64,000 nucleotides of DNA from an uncultured bacterium (GCA_963814495.1 CAWFDJ010000011.1:129809-193808), one strand, 5' to 3'. Numbered from the stretch's first letter, positions 29,260 to 41,700 are shown. Translations and numbers: made by a program. The notes: generated by a model not told the origin, from the sequence alone.

Positions 29260-31381
29260 ATGGACAAGCCGGAGGACTTGAGGGAGCTGCGGGAGAGGAA
29301 CTACCTCGCCCTCGAGCGCCCGGTAGACGCGGTCAAGGGCATCGGCCCGGGCATCCAGCGCCACCTGGTGTCCATGGGCATCGAGACTGTCGAGGGGCTG
29401 ATCTACCACTTCCCCCGGCGCTACCTCGACCGCAGCCAGATCGTCCCCATCCGGCAGGTGCGCATCGGCGAGGAGGTCACCGTGGTGGGGACGGTGCGCA
29501 AGGTGGACGAGCGCAAGACGGCCCAGCGCCAGAGCATCCTGCAGGTGGGCATCTTCGACGGCACCGCCTACCTGTACGGGGTCTGGTTCAACCAGGCCTG
29601 GCAGGCCGAGCGCCTCAAGGTCGGCACGGAGGTGGCCTTCTCCGGCAAGGTGCTGTACCGCTACAACCAGCTCCAGATGACCTACCCGGCCTACGACGTC
29701 CTCTCAGACCCCGAGGAGGTGGGGGTGGAGACGCTCAACACCGGGCGGATCATCCCGCTCCACCCGGCCAGCCAGAAGCTCTCCACCTCCCTGCTGCGCC
29801 GCCTGGTCAAGCAGGCCCTGGACGAATACGGCGAGCTCCCCGACCCGCTGCCCGCGCGGCTGACGGCCCGGTACCGCGTGCCCTCCCATTCCGCGGCCCT
29901 GCGCGAGATCCACTTCCCCACCGGCCTGAAGGAGTTGAAGGAAGCCCGGCGCCGCATGATCTACGAGGAGCTCTTCATCCTCCAGGCCGGCCTGGCCATC
30001 CGGCGCAAGCGGGTGCGGGAGGAGAGCGTGAGCGTACCCCACTCCGGGCCCGGACCGCTGGTCGAGGGCTTCATCGGCGGCCTTCCTTACGAGCCTCACC
30101 GGCGCGCAGCGGCGTTCCTTCGAGGAGATAGCCGCCGACATGGGCCAGAGCCACCCCATGAACCGCCTCCTCCAGGGGGAGGTGGGGTCGGGCAAGACCC
30201 TGGTGGCCCTGCTGGCCCTCCTGCTGACGGTGGAGAACGGGATGCAGGGCGCCTTCATGGTCCCCACCGAGGTGCTGGCGGAGCAGCACTACGCGACGCT
30301 CGAGCGCATGGCCGGGAGCGTGCCGTCCCTGGGCATCGCCCTGCTCACCTCCTCCACCCCCGAGGCGGAGCGCCGGCGCGTCCTCGCCGAGGCGGCCGCG
30401 GGAGAGCTGGACATCCTGGTGGGCACCCACGCCCTCATCCAGCGCGACGTCGACTTCCGGGCCCTGGGGCTGGTGATCGTCGACGAACAGCACCGCTTCG
30501 GGGTGCGCCAGCGGGTCTCGCTGAAGGAGAAAGGGGAGCACCCCCACTTCCTGATCATGACCGCCACCCCCATCCCGCGCACCCTCTCCCTCACCCTCTA
30601 CGGCGACCTGGAGATCTCGGTGCTGGACGAGATGCCGGCGGGGCGGGCGGAGACTGAAACCCTGGTCTACCACCCGCGCGAGCGGGCCAAGGCCTACGAG
30701 CTGGCCGAGCGGGAGATGCAGGCGGGGCGGCAGGTCTTCGTGGTCTGCCCCCTGGTGGAGGACTCGGAGCGCCTGGAGGCCAAGGCCGCCCAGAGCGAGG
30801 TGGACGTCCTGCGCAAGGTCTTCCCCGGCCGGAACGTCGGCCTGCTGCACGGCCAGATGAAGAAGGCCGAGAAGGACCAGGCCATGCAGGACTTTCGCGA
30901 GCGCCGCTCGGACATGCTGGTGTCCACCACCGTCATCGAGGTGGGCATCGACATCCCCAACGCCACGGTGATGATGGTGGAGAACGCCGACAGGTTCGGC
31001 CTGTCCCAGCTGCACCAGCTGCGCGGGCGGGTGGGACGGGGGAGCGAGAAGTCCTGGTGCCTGCTGTTCACCGAGGCCGAGAGCGAGGAGGCACAGCGCC
31101 GCATGGAGGCCATGCGGGACATCTCCGACGGCTTCAAGCTGGCCGAGGTGGACCTGGAGCTGCGCGGCGAAGGCTCCCTCTTCTCGGAGCGGCAGTCGGG
31201 CCTGCCGGACCTGCGCCTGGCCAAGCTGCGCCGGGACTACCCGCTGCTGCAGCGGGCGCGGGAGGACGCCTTCCAGCTGGTGGAGGAGGACCCCCACCTG
31301 GAGGCGGAGGAACACCGCCAGCTGCTGCGGGAGGTGCGCCGCCGCTTCTCCGCCAACCTGGACTGGCTCTTCCACACCTGA
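29260..31381 (+). CDS. recG: ATP-dependent DNA helicase RecG, one frame break near 30090
   Basis: Wedge/OB N-terminus (VGTVRKVDERKT...VGIFDGTAYLYGVWFNQ). ...LPYE | LTGAQRRSFEEIAADMGQSHPMNRLLQGEVGSGKT, VIVDEQHRFG, TATPIPRT, VIEVGIDIPNATVMMVENADRFGLSQLHQLRGRVGRG. Confidence 0.93.
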
Positions 31382-31398
31382 AAAACCGGCGCCGTGGT

Positions 31399-31483
31399 GT
31401 CATTGCGAGGAGCGGAGCGACGAAGCAATCTCTCAGATCGCCACGCTCCGCTCGCGATGACAGGACGCTCCGCTCGCGATGAC
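31399..31483. repeat. REP-like element: one forward and two inverted copies of GTCAT(T/C)GCGAG..GCGGAGCG
   Basis: gtcattgcgaggagcggagcg at 31399-31419. cgctccgctcgcgatgac at 31444-31461 and again at 31466-31483 (reverse complement of gtcatcgcgagcggagcg). Can form a hairpin directly after recG and before rsmD. Confidence 0.75.
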
Positions 31484-31497
31484 CGTATAATCAATCC

Positions 31498-33078
<1,581 letters not shown>

Positions 33079-33103
33079 CCCTCTCCGCCGGTGGTCCGGG
33101 AAG

Positions 33104-33328
33104 ATGGGGGTGGCCTTCACCCTCAAGTCCCCCTGGGTGCCCTTCGCCGCCTCGGTGTCCATTCTGGTGCCCCTGCTGGTGCTACCGCTGGTCTCCTGGC
33201 TGACCCGCAAGCCCTCGCGCGAAACCCTCGAGCTCATCTTCGGGGCCGGGCCTCGAGGCTTTTTCGCCTCGAGGCCCGGCCCCTTTTCGCGGCCCGCTCC
33301 CTTGAAACCACCCCCCCACCCCCATTAA
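33104..33328 (+). CDS. possible small membrane protein (weak)
   Basis: High GC3 and one TM helix (VPFAASVSILVPLLVLPLVSWL) in the first ~45 codons. The 3' third runs through a perfect 18-bp hairpin and is Pro-rich, so the true end is doubtful. Confidence 0.3.
   Translation: MGVAFTLKSPWVPFAASVSILVPLLVLPLVSWLTRKPSRETLELIFGAGPRGFFASRPGPFSRPAPLKPPPHPH
33242..33288 (+). terminator. 18-bp perfect hairpin followed by TTTT
   Basis: ggggccgggcctcgaggc (33242-33259), loop tttttc, gcctcgaggcccggcccc (33266-33283), then ttttcg. Confidence 0.55.
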
Positions 33329-33337
33329 CCTAGAGAG

Positions 33338-33910
33338 ATGGGCGGTTACCTGGATAGCAAGGAACTGAAGATCGACGTGGCGAGGCTGTTGCGCGACACC
33401 TTCGCCCGCGAGCGCCTGCGCCTGCGCCTGCTGCTGGAGATGGGGGAGGAGGGCCTGCGCGAATCGCCTGCCGGCAGCCCGGCCGACGTCGACCTGGTGC
33501 TGGAGAGCTCGCCGGACGGCATCCGCGTCACCGGGACCATCGCCGGCATCCTGCCGCTGGAGTGCACCCGCTGCACCGAGCCCATGGATTTCGCCTTCGA
33601 AGCGGAGGTCGACGAGTTCTTCACCCGGACCACCCTGCCCCTCCTCTCACCGGAGGGCCGGGAGGAAGCGGAGGTGCCGCGGGAGGAGAGCTACAGGCTG
33701 GAGGGGGACGAGCTGGAGCTGAACGAGATGGTCAACGACCAGGTCATCCTGGCCCTGCCCATCAAGCGGCTCTGCCGCGAGGATTGCCGCGGCGTGTGCC
33801 CCTCCTGCGGGGCCGACCTCAACCGGGGGGAGTGCGGCTGCCGGGAAGAGCTGACCGACCCGCGCCTTGAAAAGCTCAAACAATGGCTTGACCGGGAGGG
33901 CCGGGAGTAA
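33338..33910 (+). CDS. DUF177 (YceD-like) 23S rRNA accumulation protein
   Basis: Intact 190 aa. LECTRCTEPMDF...ILALPIKRLCREDCRGVCPSCGADLNRGECGC, immediately upstream of rpmF. Confidence 0.88.
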   Translation: MGGYLDSKELKIDVARLLRDTFARERLRLRLLLEMGEEGLRESPAGSPADVDLVLESSPDGIRVTGTIAGILPLECTRCTEPMDFAFEAEVDEFFTRTTLPLLSPEGREEAEVPREESYRLEGDELELNEMVNDQVILALPIKRLCREDCRGVCPSCGADLNRGECGCREELTDPRLEKLKQWLDREGRE

Positions 33911-33956
33911 CTATACTCAGACTCTGGTTTTACTATTTATAGAGGAGTGGCAAGAT

Positions 33957-34136
33957 ATGGCAGTGCCCAAAAGGAAGAAGTCCCGTTCGCGAGCGGCCTC
34001 ACGCAAGTCGGTATGGAAAGCCGGCCGGATCCCCACCAAGTCCGCATGCCCTCAGTGCCATGCGCCCAAACTGCCCCACCATGCCTGCCCTTCCTGCGGT
34101 TTTTACGCGGGGAGAGAGGTCGCCAAGGTAGACTAG
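33957..34136 (+). CDS. rpmF: 50S ribosomal protein L32
   Basis: MAVPKRKKSRSRAASRKSVWK...CPQCHAPKLPHHACPSCGFY. Confidence 0.93.
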   Translation: MAVPKRKKSRSRAASRKSVWKAGRIPTKSACPQCHAPKLPHHACPSCGFYAGREVAKVD

Positions 34137-34146
34137 AAACCCTTCC

Positions 34147-35157
34147 ATGGCTGATAAGCTGAAACTCGACGCCGGCATCCGGGTGGTCCTGGATGCCATG
34201 GGCGGAGATTTCGCTCCCGCCGAAACGGTGGCGGGAGCCGCCTTGGCGCGGGAGCAACTGGGCATAGAGGTGGTCCTGTCCGGGAAGAGGGAAGCCATCG
34301 AGGAACAGGTAGCCCTGCTGGCGGCCCCCCCGTTCGAGATAGTCGAGGCCGGCGAGGTCATCGGCATGGCCGACGAGGGAGCCTGGGCCGTCAAGGCCCG
34401 CCCGGACTCCTCGCTGATGCGGGGGGCGGAATACGTGCGCGAGGGGAAGGCCGACGCCCTGGTCTCGGCCGGCAACACCGGGGCGGCCATGTCCGCCACC
34501 TTCCTCTCCTGGGGGCGGATCAGGGGCATCAAGCGGCCGGCCGTCGCCGTGGTGCTGCCGCCGCCCGGCGCGCCCAAGGTCCTGCTGGACGCGGGCGCCA
34601 ACGCCGACTGCCGCGCCGATTACCTCCAGCAGTTCGCGCTGATGGGCACGGCCTACTGGCGCATCCTCACCGGGAGGGAGAAAGCCCGGGTGGGGCTGCT
34701 GAACATCGGGAGCGAGGCGGGCAAGGGCAACGAGCTGGCCAAGGCCGCGTTCGCGCTGCTGGAGGCGGACCCCAGGCTCGATTTCGCCGGGAACGTCGAG
34801 GGCAGGGACATCGCGGGGAAGGGGGTGGACGTGGTGGTCACCGACGGCTTCACCGGCAACGTGGTCATCAAGACCATCGAGGGGACCGCCGCCTTCATCG
34901 CCGGCACCCTCGCCACCGCCCTGGGCGAACTGGACCGGGAGAAGCTGGCGCCGGTGCTGCCCGCCCTGGCTTACGTCAAGTCGCAGCTGGACTACGAGGA
35001 GGCGGGAGGAGCGTTGCTGCTGGGGGTGAAGGGAGTCTGCGTCATCGCCCACGGCAGTTCGCGGGCCAAGGCCGTCGCCGCGGCCGTCAAGGTGGCGGCG
35101 GAGGCCGCCGCGGCCGGGCTGCCGGACCGCATCGAAGCGCTTGCCGGAACGGGATGA
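34147..35157 (+). CDS. plsX: phosphate acyltransferase PlsX
   Basis: Intact 336 aa. VVLDAMGGDFAP...ADALVSAGNTGA...LLNIGSE..KGNEL...DVVVTDGFTGNVVIKTIEG...GALLLGVKGVCVIAHGSS. Confidence 0.93.
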   Translation: MADKLKLDAGIRVVLDAMGGDFAPAETVAGAALAREQLGIEVVLSGKREAIEEQVALLAAPPFEIVEAGEVIGMADEGAWAVKARPDSSLMRGAEYVREGKADALVSAGNTGAAMSATFLSWGRIRGIKRPAVAVVLPPPGAPKVLLDAGANADCRADYLQQFALMGTAYWRILTGREKARVGLLNIGSEAGKGNELAKAAFALLEADPRLDFAGNVEGRDIAGKGVDVVVTDGFTGNVVIKTIEGTAAFIAGTLATALGELDREKLAPVLPALAYVKSQLDYEEAGGALLLGVKGVCVIAHGSSRAKAVAAAVKVAAEAAAAGLPDRIEALAGTG

Positions 35158-35161
35158 GGGC

Positions 35162-35866
35162 ATGGGGGACCTCGAGAGCGCCCTGGGTCTGGACTTCCGC
35201 GACAAGGGGCTGTTGGAGCTGGCCCTGACCCACCGCTCCCACGCCCACTGGCAGGGCGGCGGGGCCGCCGGTTCCTTCGAGCGGCTGGAGTTCCTGGGTG
35301 ACGCGGTGCTGCAGATGGTGGTCACCGACTACCTCTACCGCAGCGACCCGGAGGCTTCGGAAGGGGACCTCACCAAGGCCCGGGCCTGGCTGGTCAACGA
35401 CACGGCCCTGGCGCGGGCGGCGGGCGAGGCGGGCCTGGGGGAGTACATCCTGCTCAGCCCGTCGGCGGAATCGGACGGCGCGCGCGGCAAGGACTCCATC
35501 CTGGCCGACGCCATGGAGGCCCTCATCGGGGCGGTCTACCTGGACCGGGGCCCGGAGGAGGCCCGCAAGCTGGTGGAGAGGGTCCTGGGGGAGCGCATGC
35601 GCGAGGCTGTCAGCCAGGGCGCGCGCTCCGATTACAAGACCAGGCTGCAGGAGTGGTCCATCAAGGCCCGGGGCCTGCTGCCCTCCTACCGCGGCTGGGG
35701 CGAGGGCCCGGACCACGCCAAGCTCTTCCACGCCGAGGCGTGGCTGGGGGACGAGATGGCGGGGCAGGGAGAGGGGCGCAGCAAGAAGGAGGCCGAACAG
35801 GAGGCCGCCCGCGCGGCCTGTTCGCGGATGAGGGAGATGCCGGACATAAGGAAAGGGGAGTGCGAA
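35162..35866 (+). CDS. rnc: ribonuclease III (no stop codon before the degV-like ORF in the same frame)
   Basis: LELALTHRSHA, ERLEFLGDAVLQMVVTDYLY, ADAMEALIGAVYLD. dsRBD: DYKTRLQEWSIKARGLLPSY...GPDHAKLFHAEAWL...GEGRSKKEAEQEAARAA. The 3' boundary is set arbitrarily at the degV TTG. Confidence 0.88.
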
Positions 35867-36719
35867 TTGGGTGGAAAAATAGGGATAGTGACGGACAGCA
35901 CCGCGTACCTGGACGAGGATTACATACGCGAGCACGATATCAAGGTAGTACCGCTCAAGGTCATCTTCGGGAACGAGTCCTACCGGGAGGGGATGGACCT
36001 CACCCACGAGGAGTTCTTCCGCAAGCTCAAGGAGTTCGACGGCTTCCCCACCACCTCCCAGCCCAGTGTGGGCGAGTTCGTGGAGGCTTACAGGGAGATG
36101 GCCGGCAAGTACGAGCAGATCCTTTCCGTCCACATCTCCGGGGGTATCAGCGGCACCATGGAATCGGCGCAGGCCGCCGCCGCCGAGATGGCGGACACCC
36201 GTATCGAGGTGGTGGACTCCATGTCGACCTCCATGGGCATCTACATGCTGCTCGAGGAGGCCATCCCCATGATCCGGGACGGCGCGGACCTGGACTGCCA
36301 TCGTCAAGAGGCTGGAGACCGTGAGCTCGGAGATGAAGATCTACTTCGCCGTGGATACCCTGGAGTACCTGCACAAGGGGGGGCGGATCGGCGGGGCGCA
36401 GGCCTTCCTGGGCAGCGTGCTGAAGATCAAGCCCATCCTGACCATCCACGGGACCATCGACGCCAAGGAGAAGGCCCGGGGCACCCAGAAGGCGGTGGCG
36501 CGCATCGTCGAGCTGGCGCAGGAGAGCCTCGGCGGCCGCCAGCCCGTGCTGGGCGTCACCCATATCTTCGACCCGCAGGCCGGCCAGGCCCTGAAGAAAC
36601 TGGTGCAGGAGTCGTTCGACTGCGAGGCCTCAAGCATCCTCGTCAACGAGACCGGCCCGGTCATCGGATCGCATACGGGCCCCGGTACCGTGGGGCTGTT
36701 CTTCTACCCCGCGGAGTAA
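35867..36719 (+). CDS. DegV-family fatty-acid-binding protein, one frame break near 36297
   Basis: GGGGAG 6 nt before TTG 35867. LGGKIGIVTDSTAYLDEDYIREHDIKVVPLKV...TTSQPSVGEFVEAY...ILSVHISGGISGT...IRDGADLD | AIVKRLETVSSEMKIYFAVDTLEYLHKGGRIG...GSHTGPGTVGLFFY. Confidence 0.85.
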
Positions 36720-36772
36720 CGCGGAGGCGCAGGCCCGGTCCCTGGAGCGGCCGCATGGTCTAAAATGGGGCT

Positions 36773-39708
36773 ATGAGCGACATGCGGATGAACCTGTTGG
36801 CGGCGGCGGTCGCGCTGGCTGGTGCTGGGCCTGATGGCCTGCTGCCTGATCGTCCCCACCCTCGACCGTGCCGAGGAAGCCCCGGGCCTTCGACAGGTGG
36901 GCCCCGCCGGCGAGGTGGACAGCCGGCTCGTGGTGGAACTGGGAGGCGACTCCCAGGGCATCGTACTGGACATGGCCGGCCTCCTGGGCATCAACGGCCT
37001 GGACCGCTACGCCAACCGTTTCGCGCAGGCGCGGGAGGGACGGGAGTTCGATTATTCCATCAGCGGCCTGCGCTACGAAAGCGTCGACCTCGAGGTCTCC
37101 TGCCTGGAATCGCAGGGATACGGGCCGGGCGAGCGGGTCTTCACCGTCTACGCCGACGGCGTTCCCCTGCCCGAGTTCACCGGCATAGACCTGGCGGCCG
37201 GGGCGGGCGCCGGCCAGCCCTGGGAAGCGAAGGCCAGGGGGGTGCGCGCGCCGGGCGGGCGTGTCGACCTCGCCTTCAGGGCCGAAGCCGGACCGGCCAC
37301 CGTGTGCTACGTGCGTTTTCTGGCAGGGAAACCGTTCCCTCCTGGAGTTCAACGGGATGGAGAGCCGGCACTGGGTGCCCGAGCCCATGCCCCTCCGCTA
37401 CACCAATGGGGAGGGGCAGGACCTCTCGGAGGTGGTACTGGGGCGTTTCGGTTCGCGCTTCTCCATCAACCCGGTGCCGCAGCTGCTCGGCTGGCGCCAG
37501 TCCCCCCTCGGCACCTGGTCGGATGACCTCTCCGAGATGGTGCTGGCCTTCCGGTCGGCGGACGGTGAGGTGCGCTGCCTTCCCTTCACCGACCGCTATC
37601 CCGTCTTCGCCGGCATGCACCAGGAGCAGACCATGACCGGCGTCTCCTACCGCTGCAGCGATCCCGCGCTGCCCTTCGCCGTCGACCTCACCCTGAGGGC
37701 GCCCTTCTACCCCGAGGACCTCAAGGTGAGCGGCGCCCCCTTCTTCTACCTGGAGCTGGAACTGGACAACCCCACCGGGGCCCCGGTGGAGGGGGAGTTC
37801 CTCTTCGTCCGCCCGCACCGCTACGTCTCGGAGGCGGAGAGGCCGAGCGCCCTCGACGGGGGCGTCCCCGGGTACCGGTTCTCGGAGAAGTATAACTTCG
37901 CGGACGGCAGCTACACCGGGGACGGATACACGGGTGAGGCCTTCCGTTTCGAGGAGGCGGTGGCCCTGGACGACGCCTCCGGCGTCGACTGGCACTACCA
38001 GGAGGTGGAGGACGCGGGGTGGGTCTGGCCGAGCCCCGCCGGCTACCCGCTCACCTGCGACAGCAAGACCTTCACCTGGAGGCCGCGGGGCCACTCCGGC
38101 TTCTCCTGGGGGTTCAAGCTGGCGGCCGGCGGTTCCGCCCGGCGCACCGTGGTGCTGGCCGGGCACTCGCCGGACGGGGTGATGGAGGTGATGGGCGAAC
38201 GGGACTTCAGCTTCGCCTACAACCGCCCCGACGGGCCCGCCCTCACCTCCCTGCAGGCGGTGCTGGACTACGCGCTGGGGCCGGAAAGGGCGGACATCGA
38301 GGCCAAGACGGACTTCTTCGACGGGGTGCTGGCCGAGCCCTACCTGACCGGGATGACCCCCGCCGGGCGGGGCCTGGCCGCGCTGGGCCTGCAGAACTAC
38401 ATCGTCAACGCCTGGTGGGTATGCGACCCGGGAGGCCAGGACTGGTTCGGCGCCTGGGAGGGCCCGCCCTTCTACTTCATGTCCACCATCGACGTGGAAT
38501 ACAACAGCGCCTGGTTCTACCTGAGCTTCTGGCCGGACCTGCTGAAGAAGCAGCTGCGGCAGTGGGTGCTCTTCGAGAAGGAGGACGGAGTCGGCAGGTA
38601 CCTCTCCCACGACATCGGCACGGACAACCGCATCATCGGCATGACCTACGACATGTTCGGCATGGAGGTGGAGGAGAACGCCGACTTCATCCTGCTGCTC
38701 TACGCCTGCTGGAAGCAGACCGGCGACACCGCCCTGATGCGGGAGTTGTTCCCCCGGGCCGAGAGCTACGCCGACTACATCCTCTCCTGCGACACCGACG
38801 GGGACGGCCTCCCCGACATCAACTCCGACAACAGCATCGACCAGGCCTTCCAGTTCTTCACCAGCGGGCGCGACCAGACCTACCTGGGAGTGAAGGCGGC
38901 CGCGGCCGTGCGGGCGGTGGAGGACATGGCCTGGGCCCAGGAGGCGCGGCCCGAGGAGTTCATCATCGCCTGCGAGATGCGGCTGGAGCTGGTCAACCAG
39001 ACCCTGCGGGAGACCATGTGGCGGGGCGACCACTTCGCCGTCTCGACCGACCCCAAGGCCCAGCCGTACGAGCGGGACGCTTACTCCATCTACTCGGCCA
39101 ACGGCCTGTTGTGGCTGCTGGCCTCGGGAGGGCAGACCGGGCTGGAGCCCGACAACCTGGAGCGCATGCGCCTGGACCTGGTCACCGCGGACCAGGCCAC
39201 GCTGCGCGAGTTCGGCTGCGTGCACACCAGCGGCGGGGACGACTGCCAGTGGATGTCGCAGAACGCCTGGCGCGACGCCCTCGGCTTCTACCTGGAGGCG
39301 GAGGGTTGGCCGGAGGGGCAGGCCGGGCGGCTGGAACGTTACTGGGGGCTGGAGTACTGGTGGGCCTGCAACCTGAACGGCGGCTTCTGGGACAGCGTCT
39401 TCTACAGGGTCCAACCACCCCGCGAGGGGCCGCGGCGGGGCGCCTACGAGTGCAACCGCTACATGGACCAGTCCCTGGGCTACTACAGCCGCGGGGCGGT
39501 GTTCCTCTGCCAGCCCGCCGCCCTGGCCCGCCTCAGCGTCGACCTGGCCGCCGGCTCGGTCACCGCGCGGCCCTCCGCCCCGGGGCGGTACCCCGTCTTC
39601 GCCTGCGCCGACTGGGGCGCCGCCGACCCCGCGGCCCGCGTCCCCGTGCTGGTGTACGGGGCGGACGGGAGCCTGCAGGAGACCGTCAACCCCCACCTCC
39701 TGCCGTAA
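36773..39708 (+). CDS. secreted large glycosidase-like protein: signal peptide, malectin-like domain, ~800-aa unassigned (possibly six-hairpin) domain (two frame breaks)
   Basis: MSDMRMNLLAAAVAL / ...GLMACCLIVPTLDRAEE (break near 36822). Malectin-like FDYSISGLRYESVDLEVSCLES..PGERVFTVYADGVPLPEFTGIDLAAGAG...GRVDLAFRAEAGPATVCYVRF (break near 37325). Then an uninterrupted ~2.4-kb frame rich in W/Y/D (MSTIDVEYNSAWFYLSFWPDLL, MEVEENADFILLLYACWKQTGD, DTDGDGLPDINSDNSIDQ). Confidence 0.55.
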
Positions 39709-39710
39709 TC

Positions 39711-39740
39711 GTCATTGCGAGCCCAGTCGAACGCGGAGTC
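39711..39740. repeat. REP-like element copy (GTCATTGCGAGCC...)
   Basis: gtcattgcgagcccagtcgaacgcggagtc begins 3 nt after the stop at 39708. Followed by hairpin cccggggc-gtaa-gccccggg at 39758-39777. Confidence 0.55.
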
Positions 39741-39814
39741 TGAGCGAACGGCTTATGCCCGGGGCGTAAGCCCCGGGACTACAACCTTCGGAAGGACCAG
39801 ACCAGCAGCGGGGA

Positions 39815-40473
39815 TCAGCTGAAGTTCTCGGAGATGTAGATCCTGCCGTCGTCTGTGAACACCACACCGATGCCCTCCTTTACGAAGTGGGGCATGAGCA
39901 TGTTCACCCGGTGGCCCTCGCTGTTCATCCAGCCGTCCACCGTGCTGACAGCGATGTCCTCGAGGGTGTTGAAGTCGTACTCCACGACCTCGCCGGTGTC
40001 CTTGTTGTAGGTGTAGGACCTGTAGAGGTTGTTGAGGAAGAGGTTCTCGGCCCCGAAGTACACCACGTCGCCCACGCGGTTGCTGGCGTCGTACCCGAAC
40101 ATGGCGTAGCGGGCGGAGAAGTCCTCCCCCTCCGGGCTCAGGTGGTCGAAGTAGTCGCGGTCGGCCATGTCCTGGCTGTGGTAGCGGGCGATCTCCGCCA
40201 GGCGCTCCTCCCAGACCAGGGTGCCCAGGCCGTTCTCGGCCCGCCTCTGGTTGACCAGCTCGTGGATGCGCTGCTCCAGGAAGTACCGGTTGTTCTCCAG
40301 GTCGTTGAGCTTCACGGAGAGGGAGTCCGACGCCACCCGGGGGTCTATGGTCTCCTCCCCCGTCTCCTGCGGTTGCGTCTCGATCAGGCCGCAGCCCGCC
40401 AGGGACAGGGCCGTCACCAGTGAGAGCAATATCAGGATCGTACGCCGGCCGTGGTCCGGTTGAGCTTCTTCAT
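39815..40473 (-). CDS. CAP/SCP (YkwD-like) domain lipoprotein, one frame break near 40440
   Basis: MKKLNRTTAGVR | ILILLSLVTALSLAGCG lipobox. ELVNQRRAENGLGTLVWEERLAEIARYHSQDMADRDYFDHLSPEG...GWMNSEGHRVNML...GIGV. Confidence 0.8.
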
Positions 40474-40643
40474 AACGTTTCTATTATCGGACGGACCGGC
40501 CGATAATTTTAGGGCTCTGGATCATATACCCCGCCGGGGCGCGGATGCGGCCGGGCATTGGATGGCGGGGGCGGATGGGAGATAATCATGTTGTGGCCGA
40601 GGAACGCCCGCGCGCGGCGGGTTTTGAAAAGGAGGGGATCGCG

Positions 40644-41675
40644 ATGCGCATAGCTATGATGGGAACGGGCTCCATGGGCACCGTCATCGGCGCCCTGGTC
40701 TCCCGGGCCGGGCTGGACATCACCCTGGTGGACGCCAACCGGGCCCACGTGGACGCCCTCAACGCTTCCGGGGCGCGGGTGACCGGGCACATGGAACTGA
40801 CCGTACCGGTGAAGGCGGTCACGCCGGACGGGCTGGAGGGCCTCTTCGACCTGGTGATCTACCTGGTGAAGACCACCTACGACGAGACGGCGCTCCCCCA
40901 GATAATCACGCACCTGCCCGCGGACGGCGTGCTGGTGACCCTGCAGAACGGCGTGCCGGAGGAGAAGGTGGCGGCCGCGGTGGGGCGGGAGCGCACCCTG
41001 GGCGGGGCCATCGGCTGGGGAGCCACCTGGCTGCGGCCGGGCGTCTCCGAGCTGACCAGCGAGCCGGAGAAGATGACCTTCGACCTGGGGGAGCTGGACG
41101 GCAGCATCACGCCTCGCCTGCAGCAGGTCAAGCAGGTGCTGGACAACTGCGGCGAGGTGGTCCTGAGCGAAAACCTGGTGGGGGTGCGCTGGACCAAGCT
41201 GCTGGCCAACGTGAGCATGTCCGGGCTGGGCGCCGCCATCGACAGCACCTACGGCGGCATCCTCGACGACGACAAGGCGACGGCCGCCGCGCTGTGCGTC
41301 ATCATCGAGACCATCCTCACAGCCAGGGCCCTGGGCATCCGGATGGAGCCCATGCAGGGCGTGGACCCCATGGTCATGCTGGACGTGGCCGGGCAGGGGC
41401 TGGAGACGGCCATGAACGTGGTGCGCATGGTCTGGGGCCCCCACCGCGACCAGGTCCCCAGCATGCTGCAGGACCTGCGCAAGGGGCTGGCCTGCGAGGT
41501 GGAGGCGCTCAACGGCTACCTCTCGGCCCGGTCGGCCGAAGCCGGGGTGCCCACCCCCGTCAACGACCAGGTGGCCCGGGTCATCCGCTCGGTCCAGGCC
41601 GGGGAGGCCCCCCTGTCCTTCGACAACCTGGCCGGCATCGAGGTGCCCGACCTGTCGATATACCTGGGTGGCTGA
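40644..41675 (+). CDS. panE: 2-dehydropantoate 2-reductase (ApbA/PanE family)
   Basis: GAAAAGGAGGGGA before ATG 40644. MRIAMMGTGSMGTVIGALVSRAG, VIYLVKTTY, VTLQNGV, RWTKLLANVSMSGL, SMLQDLRKGLACEVEALNG. Intact 343 aa. Substrate specificity not provable from sequence. Confidence 0.75.
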   Translation: MRIAMMGTGSMGTVIGALVSRAGLDITLVDANRAHVDALNASGARVTGHMELTVPVKAVTPDGLEGLFDLVIYLVKTTYDETALPQIITHLPADGVLVTLQNGVPEEKVAAAVGRERTLGGAIGWGATWLRPGVSELTSEPEKMTFDLGELDGSITPRLQQVKQVLDNCGEVVLSENLVGVRWTKLLANVSMSGLGAAIDSTYGGILDDDKATAAALCVIIETILTARALGIRMEPMQGVDPMVMLDVAGQGLETAMNVVRMVWGPHRDQVPSMLQDLRKGLACEVEALNGYLSARSAEAGVPTPVNDQVARVIRSVQAGEAPLSFDNLAGIEVPDLSIYLGG

Positions 41676-41700
41676 AGAGGAGAGCGGGGAAGGCCCTTAG

